A stretch of 64,000 bases of DNA from Candidatus Binatia bacterium (lineage in GTDB: Bacteria; Desulfobacterota; Binatia; Bin18). Under the pieces are notes generated by a model. It was not told where the DNA came from. It searched no databases and saw nothing but the letters and a program-made list of their open reading frames with translations. The DNA lies in NCBI GenBank assembly GCA_963664395.2, contig OY761159.2, positions 2,016,001-2,080,000 on the forward strand, in the 5' to 3' direction. This document shows, piece by piece, positions 22,429 to 32,490 of this stretch; position 1 is the first letter of the stretch, and the number at the start of each line of letters is the position of its first letter. The position numbers and the translations under genes are program-made.

Positions 22429-23529
22429 CTATTCACTCCTGTGATAAAATGGCGGCTTCACAACCGTCGCCGGAATGTGGCGATTCCGGATCGCAATTGT
22501 CAGCGGTGTTCCACCGGCCGCGCATGACGGGGAAACATAGCCTAACGCGATACCAACGCCCAGCATGGGAGACTGGGTGCCACTCGTCACCACACCGACC
22601 TCACGTTTGCTCTTTTGTTCACTCCAGATCGTATACCCCTGGCGGGGAATGCCAGCGTCTTCCATTTTGATTCCAACCAGTTGTTTTTCAATCCCACCAG
22701 CCTGTTGCTTGCGCAACGCCTCGTGCCCGATAAAGGGTCCGGCCTCAAAGCGGACGAGACGCTGTAAACCGGCCTCCAGCGGTGTGGTATGGGCATCAAT
22801 ATCGTTGCCATATAAGAGATAGCCGGCCTCCAGGCGCAGCGTATCTCGCGCCCCAAGCCCAATAGGAACCAGGTTCGACGTGCGCCCTGCTTCGCAGCAT
22901 GCCTGCCAGATATGTTCGGCGCGCTCGGCAGGAACAAACAACTCAAAGCCATCTTCTCCGGTGTAGCCGGTCCGCGCCATAAGAGCCGGAACACCGGCGA
23001 CCTCCCCTTGGGCCGCCCAATAGCGACGAATATCCGAAAGCGCGCGCGGTGTAAGCTGAGACAGGACCGTTTGTGCCTGCGGACCTTGGAGGGCGATCAG
23101 TGCGTACTCATCACTCCGGTCAATCACGTCAGCTCGGCCACGATTGTGCGCCATCATCCACTCGGAGTCGGTCTCGATATTGGCTGCATTCACACATACG
23201 AAATAGCGCTCCTCAGCCAGACGGTAAATAATGACGTCATCAACCATTCCCCCATCGGCAAAACACATAACCGAGTACTGCGCCTGCATGATCTTGATGC
23301 GGGTAATATCTGTGACAAATAATTCCTGACAGACCTCACCCGCACGAGGGCCAGCTATTTCGATCTCACCCATGTGGCTCAGATCAAACGCGCCGACCTG
23401 CGTCCGCACGGCCCGGTGTTCGGCCAGAATCCCAACATAGTGCACCGGCATCTGCCAACCACCAAATTCAATCATGCGCGCGCCCAAGGAACGATGCACC
23501 CCATACAGCGGCGTTCGGTTGGCCATCAT
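22429..23529 (-). CDS. gcvT: Aminomethyltransferase GcvT
   Basis: FDLSHMGE, RTGYTGEDGFE, GLGARDTLRLEAG. Confidence 0.95.
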   Translation of the reverse strand: MMANRTPLYGVHRSLGARMIEFGGWQMPVHYVGILAEHRAVRTQVGAFDLSHMGEIEIAGPRAGEVCQELFVTDITRIKIMQAQYSVMCFADGGMVDDVIIYRLAEERYFVCVNAANIETDSEWMMAHNRGRADVIDRSDEYALIALQGPQAQTVLSQLTPRALSDIRRYWAAQGEVAGVPALMARTGYTGEDGFELFVPAERAEHIWQACCEAGRTSNLVPIGLGARDTLRLEAGYLLYGNDIDAHTTPLEAGLQRLVRFEAGPFIGHEALRKQQAGGIEKQLVGIKMEDAGIPRQGYTIWSEQKSKREVGVVTSGTQSPMLGVGIALGYVSPSCAAGGTPLTIAIRNRHIPATVVKPPFYHRSE

Positions 23530-24437
23530 AGCACCTCTATATCTTTCCCCCTCTCTCCCAGAGGGAGAGGGGCAGGGGTGAGGGCCTGCTTTTCCGCAGT
23601 CTGGACGGTATTGACTAAGAGCATGGCAACCGTCAGCGGTCCGACCCCACCTGGGACGGGGGAAATATAGGCGGCCCGTTCCTTGGCAATAGCGAACTCC
23701 ACATCCCCTTTCAGAGACCCGTCAGGGCTCCGCGAGATGCCAACGTCAATGACACACGCTCCTGCTTTTATCCAGTCCCCTTTGATTGCTTCACGGTGCC
23801 CCATCGCGGCCACAACAATATCCGCCTGGCGTATGTGGTCGGCGAGATTGGCCGTGTGCGAGTGGCACGTCGTCACGGTCGCGTTTCGCCCTAATAAGAG
23901 GAGGGCTAACGGTTTTCCAACCAGGTTGCTCCGACCAACGACTACCGCGCGTTTACCCTCGATATCCATACCGCTTTGATCGATGAGATGCATGACCCCA
24001 AGGGGAGTGCAGGGGCGGAGTCCGACTTGGCCTAATACCAGCCGCCCCTGATTCACAGGATGGAGCCCATCCACGTCTTTGTCCGGCGCTATGGCCTCAA
24101 TCAGGGCCGCTGTTTCCAGCTGGTCCGGGAGCGGGAGTTGGAGCAGAATACCATGCACGTCGGAACGGGTATTGAGCATGCCAATGAGCCTAGCCACTTC
24201 GTTGGGTGCTACGGTAGCCGGCAGACGATGTCCGAATGAAACAATGCCGACTTCACGGCAGGCTTTTTCTTTGGTGCCAATATATACCCGTGAGGCAGGG
24301 TCCTCACCGACCAGAATCGTCGCCAGCCCCGGCTGCCAGTCCTGTCGTCCCGGCTGTTGCCGAATCCGGGCAATGCGTGCCTTCAGGCCCCGGCGGACTG
24401 TCTGCGCGTACTGCTTTCCATCAAGTACTACAGCCAT
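23526..24437 (-). CDS. folD: Methylenetetrahydrofolate dehydrogenase/cyclohydrolase
   Basis: KDVDGLHP, PCTPLG, VGRSNLVGKP, PVPGGVGP; start reset to MAVVLDG. Confidence 0.95.
   Translation of the reverse strand: MAVVLDGKQYAQTVRRGLKARIARIRQQPGRQDWQPGLATILVGEDPASRVYIGTKEKACREVGIVSFGHRLPATVAPNEVARLIGMLNTRSDVHGILLQLPLPDQLETAALIEAIAPDKDVDGLHPVNQGRLVLGQVGLRPCTPLGVMHLIDQSGMDIEGKRAVVVGRSNLVGKPLALLLLGRNATVTTCHSHTANLADHIRQADIVVAAMGHREAIKGDWIKAGACVIDVGISRSPDGSLKGDVEFAIAKERAAYISPVPGGVGPLTVAMLLVNTVQTAEKQALTPAPLPLGERGKDIEVL
23547..23584. repeat. REP-like palindromic element inside folD 3' end
   Basis: ccccctctctcccagagggagaggggcaggggtgaggg; related ccctctcccgccgggtgaggg at 32017-32037. Confidence 0.65.
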
Positions 24438-24496
24438 GCTACAGTCAAGATACGTGAAGCCCTTCCCCAATGTAAAGTAAAGACAGGAGAGCATGC

Positions 24497-25624
24497 ATGG
24501 TGATTGGTATTCCCAAGGAAATCAAAGCCGAGGAGACCCGTGTCGCCATCACGCCCAGTGGAGTCGCCGCCCTGGTGGCGCACGGCCACCGCGTTGTGAT
24601 TGAAACACAGGCGGGTGTGGGGAGCAGTATTCCAGATGAGCAGTATGCCGCGGCCGGAGCGCATATACAGGGCTCCGCCCAAGAGGTCTGGACGCAGGCC
24701 GACCTCATTCTCAAGGTCAAAGAGCCCCTTGCCGCTGAGTACCCGTTGCTGCGGTCCGGCTTAATCCTGTTTACCTACCTGCATCTCGCCGCCGAAGAAC
24801 AGCTCACCCAAATGCTGCTGGACCGGCAGGTGACGGCACTTGGCTATGAAACCATTCAGTTGGATGACGGCTCATTACCGCTGCTCGCGCCGATGAGTGA
24901 GGTGGCCGGACGCTTGGCTATTCAAGTTGGGGCGTGGAGTCTCCAAGCCCACAATGGTGGCCGGGGCGTATTGCTGAGTGGCGCCTCCGGGGTGAAGCCC
25001 GGCCACGTTGTCATTCTCGGAGCCGGCATTGCCGGAGCGAGTACCTGTCAGGTGGCCGTCGGCGTGGGTGCCTATGTGAGCATTCTTGATGTGAATCCGG
25101 CGCGATTGCGCTATGTCCATGACATCCTTGGCGGCCATGTCACCACCGTCATGGCAAACCGGGCCAATATCGAAGAGGAAGTGACCGCAGCCGACCTGGT
25201 CATCAGCTCGGTCCTGGTGCCGGGCGCACGCACACCGAAACTGCTCACACGAAGCCTGTTTCACAATATGCGAGCGGGGGCGGCTTTTGTCGATATCTCG
25301 ATCGATCAGGGCGGCAGCGCCGAAACCTCACGTCCAACCACCCATCACGATCCGATTTACCGCGAGGAAGACGTGGTGCATTACTGCGTCACCAACATGC
25401 CGGCTATTGTGCCGCACACCTCGACCTATGCCCTGACCAATGTCACTTTGTCCTACGCCCTTGAGTTGGCCGACAAGGGGGTGACCACCGCCTTAGGCGA
25501 GAACCCCGCCCTGCAACGCGGGCTGAACACCATGAACGGCCAAGTTGTCCACCCCGGCGTGGCCGCGTCCTTCAACCTGCCCCGCGCCGACATAACAGCG
25601 GGACGGTCCGCTAATACCGGATAA
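24497..25624 (+). CDS. ald: Alanine dehydrogenase
   Basis: IGIPKEIK..E.RVA, FTYLHLA, LPLLAPMSEVAGR, IDQGG, HYCVTNMP. Confidence 0.93.
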   Translation: MVIGIPKEIKAEETRVAITPSGVAALVAHGHRVVIETQAGVGSSIPDEQYAAAGAHIQGSAQEVWTQADLILKVKEPLAAEYPLLRSGLILFTYLHLAAEEQLTQMLLDRQVTALGYETIQLDDGSLPLLAPMSEVAGRLAIQVGAWSLQAHNGGRGVLLSGASGVKPGHVVILGAGIAGASTCQVAVGVGAYVSILDVNPARLRYVHDILGGHVTTVMANRANIEEEVTAADLVISSVLVPGARTPKLLTRSLFHNMRAGAAFVDISIDQGGSAETSRPTTHHDPIYREEDVVHYCVTNMPAIVPHTSTYALTNVTLSYALELADKGVTTALGENPALQRGLNTMNGQVVHPGVAASFNLPRADITAGRSANTG

Positions 25625-25709
25625 TCGTGTGGAACACTCCACGGATGACTCAGCCTGGGCGCGTACTTCGTTCCAGGACAAAGCTGCGCTTGATAGCTAT
25701 GGTCATCCT

Positions 25710-26204
25710 CTAATCCTCTTTGTTTGGAGGAGGTTGTGGCATCGGAGGCGGAGAAACGAGTGGTGAGGAAGCGCCATTTTTTCGTGCGCCGTAAACAAAG
25801 ACCCCGGCCAGGACGGCCAAGCCTCCGGTCCCGATTATGCCTCCGGCTAAAGGGGACCCAAGGACGGACGTTATCACCCCGGCAACAAGACCAGCCGCCG
25901 CAAGGATAAAGCCGAAGGTTTGTCCTCGTCTTTCGAGTGTTTGATATTCCGAGACGATCCTTATGTTGGCGGCCATGCCTTCTTTCTCAACGGCATGGTC
26001 ATGAGCCTGTTGTTTTTCAGCCATGGCGAAGAACCGCTCGGGAAAGCTCGGATCAATCTCGGCATATTCCTTCATATGGGTAGGAGAAGGGACAGGACCA
26101 AAGAACCGAGAAGCAAGGATTGACTCTTCGACAATGATTTCTTCAAGGTCTTCTTCAGAAGTGTGGGCCGGAGGGGTGATCGGGGGCTTTTGCTCTGAAG
26201 ACAA
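25710..26204 (-). CDS. DUF2335-like membrane protein
   Basis: FFGPVPSP...Y..I.P...ERFFAMAEKQQAH...RGQ.FGF followed by two TM helices. Confidence 0.75.
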   Translation of the reverse strand: MSSEQKPPITPPAHTSEEDLEEIIVEESILASRFFGPVPSPTHMKEYAEIDPSFPERFFAMAEKQQAHDHAVEKEGMAANIRIVSEYQTLERRGQTFGFILAAAGLVAGVITSVLGSPLAGGIIGTGGLAVLAGVFVYGARKNGASSPLVSPPPMPQPPPNKED

Positions 26205-26209
26205 CGAGC

Positions 26210-26551
26210 CTACTCCTTTGCTGCCTGAAATGCTCTGTTCCAGGTGTGGACGACTCTCCGATTGGTTTCAGCAAAGGAACCAATAGCGCTGCGCCGAAGC
26301 AGGGGAGGTGGGCTCGGCATCAACGCGACAATGGAACCGGCCCCTTTCAGAATAGACCTGAACCGCTGCTTTCTGGCGTGCTGACTGGCGTACTGAAAAT
26401 TCATAGACGTGAGATGAGCAGAGTGAGGCTTGACGGCAATCTTGAGCCGTCTTCTCCCCTCCTTCGTAGCGAGGGTGACAATATATGTACGGGGGGACGG
26501 CTGGCCCGCTTTGCCATTAGGGGTATGGTCAGCTTTTTTCAATGTTGTCAT
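26210..26551 (-). CDS. Hypothetical protein upstream of DUF2335 gene
   Basis: ORF ends 6 bp before DUF2335 start; start uncertain. Confidence 0.5.
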   Translation of the reverse strand: MTTLKKADHTPNGKAGQPSPRTYIVTLATKEGRRRLKIAVKPHSAHLTSMNFQYASQHARKQRFRSILKGAGSIVALMPSPPPLLRRSAIGSFAETNRRVVHTWNRAFQAAKE

Positions 26552-26710
26552 GCATGCTTCTCTCTCGCACGATACAGCGCCCGCGCATTCAGCATAGAAA
26601 CAGCAGCCTCTTCTCAATACGTTCCGATAACTTTAGGGGAGCGATTCTCTGTGTCGCTCACAATCATCGTATGATGGAAGCGTATCTTTCTTTAAGGACT
26701 TCCGCAACAA

Positions 26711-27607
26711 TCACACCCCCTGCGCTCGGTCCACAATCGGTGCCACGCGGTCGAGCCATTCGTGCGCTTTCCCGTCTGAAATCTCGGTCCCCATCTGTTG
26801 GTTGAACACCACGACTCCGGCCACCCCGGCATCCTGATAGCGCTTCAGCGTATCGGCGGACAGGTTGCCGTTGTCCGGATCGATAATAGGCGTCACCGGT
26901 ACGCTGTCAGGATCGCGGCCCGCCTCTTTGACGAGCTTTCGGAGTTCTTCAATCTCGGCCCCCAACGCCTGTGGACTGTGCGCCAGCGGAAAGTGCGCCA
27001 GCGGAAACCAGCCATCGTACGAACGCGCGACACGTTCCAGGGCTTTGGGACCATGCGCGCCAAGTAACACCGGCGGACCGTTTGGCTGTACTGGCTTGGG
27101 CTCGCAGCGGACTGCGGGGAATTGGACTAATTCCCCGTCATAACTGGCTTCTTGCTGCGTCCACAGCAGCCGCATGGCCTCGACTGTCTCGCGCAAGCGT
27201 CTCCAGCGTAGCCGAAATGAGGTCCCCATGATCTCGGTTTCTTCGCGCAGCCAACCGCCACCGATGCCCAAGATCACCCGGCCATTGGAATATAGATCAA
27301 GGCTGGCAATCACCTTGGCCGTCATGAGCGGGTCACGTTCGGGCAGCAGACAAATCCCCGTGCCGAGTTTGATCCGATTCGTCACCCCGGCCGCTACGGT
27401 CAGCGCAATAAACGGATCAGCCCAACGGTTGTAGTGATCCGGCAGAGCGCCATCGGCTGCCCCAGGAAACGGCGTCGTGTGCCCAACCGGGATGACCGGG
27501 TGTTCAGGAATCCACAGAGATGCAAACCCAAGCGCTTCCGCCCGCCGGGCAACCGCGGTCAGGTCGCCACTCTCAGCCGTCGTTGTCACAAGTACTCCAA
27601 TGTCCAT
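26711..27607 (-). CDS. LLM-class, probably F420-dependent oxidoreductase
   Basis: AEALGFASLWIPEH, DPFIAL, KLGTGICL, PKPVQ. Confidence 0.85.
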   Translation of the reverse strand: MDIGVLVTTTAESGDLTAVARRAEALGFASLWIPEHPVIPVGHTTPFPGAADGALPDHYNRWADPFIALTVAAGVTNRIKLGTGICLLPERDPLMTAKVIASLDLYSNGRVILGIGGGWLREETEIMGTSFRLRWRRLRETVEAMRLLWTQQEASYDGELVQFPAVRCEPKPVQPNGPPVLLGAHGPKALERVARSYDGWFPLAHFPLAHSPQALGAEIEELRKLVKEAGRDPDSVPVTPIIDPDNGNLSADTLKRYQDAGVAGVVVFNQQMGTEISDGKAHEWLDRVAPIVDRAQGV

Positions 27608-27798
27608 ACTTCCCTCCTGATGCTAAGCGCCGTAGCGCGCCTCAAAACACCATATTCCACACATTGGGACAAGCCTTTCCTTGACAGGGTTCTGAAGCCC
27701 CAGATAGCTTTGTACGCTATGCAGCGACACGGCCCCTTCGCCTTTTCGGCTCTCTTTTTACTCTTCGGCGTTTCCTCTGTGGTGAGGGGCGCGCCACG

Positions 27799-29094
27799 TT
27801 GAGTACCCCACATTCCGCACCGACCTCCTCAGCAGTTGAAATCGAAAAGACCCAGGAGACCCTGTTTGGCCGGTCCCTGCCGTATGCCTTCCGGGCGCTT
27901 GGCCATCGTAATTTTCGCCTCTTTTTTATCGGCCAGTTTGTCTCTCGAACCGGATTCTGGATGCAGAATATGGCCCAAGCCTGGCTGATCTATCGGCTGA
28001 CTGAGTCATCCCTGATGCTCGGGCTGGTTGCCTTTGCCGGCCAGGTCCCGACCCTGCTGTTTGGTCTGTTTGCCGGGGTCGTTGCGGACCGCTTCAATCG
28101 CTACCGGGTGATTCTGATTGCCATGTACTTCGCCATGTTGCAGGCCTTCGTGCTGGGCATTCTCACTATGGGCGAGTGGATTACCGCCTGGCAGATATTT
28201 TTCCTGGCCCTGGTTTCCGGCACTATTCAGGCCTTTGAGATGCCCGCCCGGCAGAGTTTTCTGATGGAGATCGTGGGTAAAGACGATCTTACCAGCGCGA
28301 TTGCCCTCAACGCGACCTTGGTCAATGGCGCCCGGATTATTGGCCCGGCCCTGGCCGGGGTTCTTGTTGCCCAATTTGGCGAGGGCGTGTGCTTCACCTT
28401 TAATGGCTTCACTTTTCTGGCCATTATCGGGGGCCTTCTCGCCATGCGGCTCCCGCCGCGCGCTGTCGAGCCTCCGGCCACGGAATCAACCGCGACCTTT
28501 ATTGGAGAGGGTATTCGCTATGCCTGGCATACCCCGGCGATCCGGCTATTGTTGATTTTGGTGAGTATGATCAGCCTGCTCAGCACCCCGTACACCGTGC
28601 TGATGCCGATCTTTGCCGGCGACATTTTACACAGCGGACCCAATGGCATGGGTCTGCTGATGGGCGCGGCCGGCGCCGGCGCCGTGGTGGGCGCCCTCCT
28701 TATGGCCCGTCACCAGGGCACGGAACAACTCGGCCGGGTGACGGCCTTTGCCTTTATTCGGTTTGGTATCGGCCTCATCCTCTTCTCACTGTCCCACAAC
28801 TTCTGGCTGTCCATGCTTGTCCTGCCGCTTGTGGGCTCCGGCTTTATGGTGCCTATGGCCGCAACAAACACCCTGCTGCAGACCCTATCGCCGGACCATC
28901 TGCGCGGCCGGATCATGAGCTTGTTCTTCATCATGTTTATGAGCGCCCCACCCATCGCCAGTCTGTTGGCGGGTTTTCTCGCCCCCATCATTGGTGCCCC
29001 GTTGATGGTCGGCAGTACGGGCGGCCTGTGTCTGCTCGTGTCGATCTATGTCTTCCTGAAGCTGCATGTGCTGCGGGAAGCGGAGCGTTCCTAG
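27799..29094 (+). CDS. MFS transporter
   Basis: FRALGHRNFRLFF.GQ, GVVADRFNR, ~12 TM segments. Confidence 0.9.
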   Translation: MSTPHSAPTSSAVEIEKTQETLFGRSLPYAFRALGHRNFRLFFIGQFVSRTGFWMQNMAQAWLIYRLTESSLMLGLVAFAGQVPTLLFGLFAGVVADRFNRYRVILIAMYFAMLQAFVLGILTMGEWITAWQIFFLALVSGTIQAFEMPARQSFLMEIVGKDDLTSAIALNATLVNGARIIGPALAGVLVAQFGEGVCFTFNGFTFLAIIGGLLAMRLPPRAVEPPATESTATFIGEGIRYAWHTPAIRLLLILVSMISLLSTPYTVLMPIFAGDILHSGPNGMGLLMGAAGAGAVVGALLMARHQGTEQLGRVTAFAFIRFGIGLILFSLSHNFWLSMLVLPLVGSGFMVPMAATNTLLQTLSPDHLRGRIMSLFFIMFMSAPPIASLLAGFLAPIIGAPLMVGSTGGLCLLVSIYVFLKLHVLREAERS

Positions 29095-30089
29095 CCCACG
29101 ACATCCGCCTTTTCCTGCCGAATGACAGGCACCGCTTCCCGCGAGACCGTCGGCGATTGGGACGCCCGACTACTATTCACGATATAAATACCGACACACA
29201 CGCTGGCCACGCCAAGGAGCTGGACCACCCCCATGTGTTCATTCAGCAACAGCCAGCCAAGGAGCACGGCGAACACCGGGGTGAGAAACGTCAGCGAGGC
29301 GACGCGCGTGGGAGAATGACGCTGAATCAGCCAGGCGTAGGCCACAAACCCGAAGGCCGCGGAAAGCACGCTCAGATAGACAATGGATACAATCACTCGG
29401 GTCGAGAGAAGAAACGGCTGATCCGCTTCAAACATCCAGGAGCATACGGTCAGGATGGGCCAGGTGATCCAGGTCTGCCAACACACCAGCGCAATGGGAT
29501 GAATCCGGCCCGCGACGCGCTTGGTGATAATACCGGATACGCCAATAGTCACGGCCGAACTCAGGACAATGGCGTCGCCCACAATCGCATCGGTCAGGCC
29601 GCCACCAAATTTATCCGAGAACAATTGCGCCGAGAAGAGGACGACGATGCCGCTGAAGGCGACCCCCAGGCCGCAGACCTTTCGAGCCGTCAGGCGGTCT
29701 CCAGGCAGAAAAAAGGGTGCCAGCAGGGCGATAAAAATAGGTTGGGCGCTAAAGAATACGGCCGAGCGACCGGAGGTCGTGAGCGCTGTTCCCAGATAGA
29801 CCGCCATATTGCCGTAGCAGAACAACAGTCCAAGCAGACCCAATATCTTGAGTTCATTCCAGCCAAAGCGAAGTTGCACATTCAGATACCAGGCCAAGAC
29901 CAAGAGCACGACGGCCGTCACCCCGAACCGCAGGGCCGCGGCACCAAGAGGCGGCATATCAAAGGTACCGACCTTGATCGCCACAAACGCCCCACCCCAA
30001 ATCGCGCTCAGCAGCACAGTCAGCCCGAGTGCAGACAGCCCGAGCGGTCGGTCGTCCGTGTGCGGACTCGGTCCGGCGGACGCGCTCAC
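29091..30089 (-). CDS. DMT/EamA family transporter
   Basis: IWGGAFVAIK, ~10 TM, LTPVFAVLLGWLLLNE. Confidence 0.88.
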   Translation of the reverse strand: MSASAGPSPHTDDRPLGLSALGLTVLLSAIWGGAFVAIKVGTFDMPPLGAAALRFGVTAVVLLVLAWYLNVQLRFGWNELKILGLLGLLFCYGNMAVYLGTALTTSGRSAVFFSAQPIFIALLAPFFLPGDRLTARKVCGLGVAFSGIVVLFSAQLFSDKFGGGLTDAIVGDAIVLSSAVTIGVSGIITKRVAGRIHPIALVCWQTWITWPILTVCSWMFEADQPFLLSTRVIVSIVYLSVLSAAFGFVAYAWLIQRHSPTRVASLTFLTPVFAVLLGWLLLNEHMGVVQLLGVASVCVGIYIVNSSRASQSPTVSREAVPVIRQEKADVVG

Positions 30090-30526
30090 GACTGCTCTGC
30101 TCGTTGCACAAAATGGATCAGCACGCCGCCGGTGCTCTTGGGATGAATAAAGGCGACTTTGGAACCGCGTGCCCCCGGGCGACCCTTCTCGTCAAGCACA
30201 CGCAAGCCTTTGGCTTTGACCTCCTGAATGGCGGCGTCAATATCGTCCACCCGCACGGCAATATGATGGATGCCTTCGCCCCGTTTTTCTATCCAGCGCG
30301 AGATGTCGCGTTGATCCGTCACCTTGTCGCCCAGGTCCGGCATCCGGTCCTGCAAAAACTCGAAGTCGGCCTCACCAATCCTGGCAAAGGCAATCCGCAA
30401 GCCTTCATACGGATCGGCCTCCTCAAAGTCGTGGATTTCCAGTCCCAGGATGTCTCCAAAGACGCTGAGATAGGTATCCAGGTCTTTGACTGCCACGCCA
30501 ATGTGATCGATTTGACGGATATTCAT
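30086..30526 (-). CDS. mce: Methylmalonyl-CoA epimerase-like VOC protein
   Basis: IDHIGVAVKDL, GEGIHHIA..VDDI, AFIHPKSTGGVL; terminal conserved Glu appears replaced by His. Confidence 0.7.
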   Translation of the reverse strand: MNIRQIDHIGVAVKDLDTYLSVFGDILGLEIHDFEEADPYEGLRIAFARIGEADFEFLQDRMPDLGDKVTDQRDISRWIEKRGEGIHHIAVRVDDIDAAIQEVKAKGLRVLDEKGRPGARGSKVAFIHPKSTGGVLIHFVQRAEQS

Positions 30527-30534
30527 GCGATCTC

Positions 30535-31995
30535 CTAAACGTCATCAAGTGGAAAGACCGGTCGCCGAATTTTTTCATACGGCAAACGTGAGTGAATCTG
30601 GGTTGCCAGCCCCGGCGTGTCCACGTCAATGAAGGTGCTGGCGATGCCGGCAAAGCCGGCGCGGTGTTGCAGTTCGGACTTCACTGCCAGGATTTTTCGT
30701 TGGGTCGGCTCAATGCCGAGGCTCCGAAAATGGTTGGCTTCAAAGCCGTGAGTAGGACGCGAGGTCAAAATAACCTCAACACCGCCGCAATCCACCAGCG
30801 CGGTTGCTCCACGTCGATACGTTCCCGCATTAAACGCCGTCGCCGCGGTGTACACCCCATCCTGAATGACCCGTACCCGGCCGCTGATCTCAACCGGCGC
30901 TCCATGAAATGCGTCCACTTTACCGCCCACACTGAGGGTGACATTGTTGCCAATCCCGGCCTGGACGGCTTCCTGCACGGCCGCCGGATCAGTAATATTA
31001 CCGACCGCCGCCGCCTGGGCATTCTGCTTGAGCAGTTCTGCAAGCAGGACGGTCCCATCACCGGGAGTGCCCGCGCCGCCACTATCGGCCAGGTCTCCAA
31101 GCACGACCAGGCCGGCATCTGTTTCAATGGCCTCTCGCACGCCGTCCTCCACCGAAACCATGTCGGTATGAAACGCCTGACGTTTGGCCCAGCAGGCGTC
31201 TTTGATGCGCTCGGCAATGTCGTGGGCCAGCGCCGGTTCGTTATTGGTTGTCACCGTCACACTGATTCCGGTCTCGGGAATATCAGAACAAAAGAACCCA
31301 CCCAGCAAAGACACGTCAAGAACGCGCGGATCACGTCCCAGGGTAGACGCCTGCCGCATCAGCGCCTCCATGGGCCAGCCTGGGGCGATATAGATTTTTT
31401 GCAGCGCCGGGGCCATGGCCGGTTGGGCCCAGGCAGATGTCGGCGTGACACTCCCGTCGAACATGCCGGCCATGACCCGCGCCGCCTGTTCGCCCCCAGG
31501 GAAAAAATCATAGTGCGGGTTGGTTTTCACACCAATCAGCATACTGGCGTGCTCGACCATCAATGGAGTCGTATTTGAATGGCCATCCAAAGTCGCCAGG
31601 ATGGGCACCTTGTCACCCAGAAATTCGCGGAGCGTTCTGAGCACATCGCCCTCGCAGTCATCGCACTCGTCTGACACGGCCGTGCCGTGCAGTTGGAGAA
31701 ACACGCCGTCCAGCGGCGGATTCTTGCGCAAAAGATCGAGGAAGCCGGCCTTGGCCGCTTCATGCGCTTCCGTTGTCACCTTCCCCCCAACGCCGGGCAC
31801 CACAAATTGAAGCGGAACAACGTCCCAATGGTACTGCTGTGCTCCATGCAGAAATCCGGCAATCGAGCCCTGAGCGCCCCCCACCCGCAGCACCCGCTCT
31901 CCGGTCAGCGTCGCCCGCTGAAACAGGTCCAGCCCCATTTTCTGGGTCGCAAAGGTATTCACGGCGACCAGATATCCACCAACGGCTACCCGCAT
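30535..31995 (-). CDS. M81 family metallopeptidase (MlrC-like)
   Basis: LQLHG, LDGHSN, KTNPHYD, DLADSGGAG..GDG, Y.KIRRPVFPLD; start reset to MRVAVGG. Confidence 0.82.
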   Translation of the reverse strand: MRVAVGGYLVAVNTFATQKMGLDLFQRATLTGERVLRVGGAQGSIAGFLHGAQQYHWDVVPLQFVVPGVGGKVTTEAHEAAKAGFLDLLRKNPPLDGVFLQLHGTAVSDECDDCEGDVLRTLREFLGDKVPILATLDGHSNTTPLMVEHASMLIGVKTNPHYDFFPGGEQAARVMAGMFDGSVTPTSAWAQPAMAPALQKIYIAPGWPMEALMRQASTLGRDPRVLDVSLLGGFFCSDIPETGISVTVTTNNEPALAHDIAERIKDACWAKRQAFHTDMVSVEDGVREAIETDAGLVVLGDLADSGGAGTPGDGTVLLAELLKQNAQAAAVGNITDPAAVQEAVQAGIGNNVTLSVGGKVDAFHGAPVEISGRVRVIQDGVYTAATAFNAGTYRRGATALVDCGGVEVILTSRPTHGFEANHFRSLGIEPTQRKILAVKSELQHRAGFAGIASTFIDVDTPGLATQIHSRLPYEKIRRPVFPLDDV

Positions 31996-32009
31996 ATAGT
32001 ACCTTTCTG

Positions 32010-32381
32010 CTATATTCCCTCTCCCGCCGGGTGAGGGTTTTCTCCGAGCCAGCTCTGAATCTCGTCTTCGATACTGTCTATCGAAAACCACGTCACAAAA
32101 TCCGGCCGACCCGTCGGTCGTTGGCGTTTGATATAGCGCACCCGCGTGTCGTCCTGCATCAGGTCAAGCCGAGGGCCGACCGGACAGCTCGACATACACG
32201 CTACGTCGCGGACTTCAGCTACCTCTCTGAGCTGCCGTTCATCAACGAGTTTCCGAACCGCGGTCAGCAGCTTGAGCCCGTTATAGACACACGGCTCGGC
32301 CTCAGCCTTGCGGACCTTGACCTCAACCGTTCTGTTCGTACACTTGGTCTTGGTACAGATATGAATTTCGAGTTTTCCCAA
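32010..32381 (-). CDS. Thioredoxin-like [2Fe-2S] ferredoxin-domain protein
   Basis: IHICTKTKC...ACMSSCPVGP cysteine pattern. Confidence 0.65.
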   Translation of the reverse strand: MGKLEIHICTKTKCTNRTVEVKVRKAEAEPCVYNGLKLLTAVRKLVDERQLREVAEVRDVACMSSCPVGPRLDLMQDDTRVRYIKRQRPTGRPDFVTWFSIDSIEDEIQSWLGENPHPAGEGI

Positions 32382-32490
32382 GGCTCGGCTCGTTCGCTTT
32401 TTTGGCTCCGCCTACAAAGACACAGGCGGGGGGCAAATACAAGAGGCGCGAGAGCCGGCAGCGGGAACAACGCGGAAGGAAGGAACGCCC

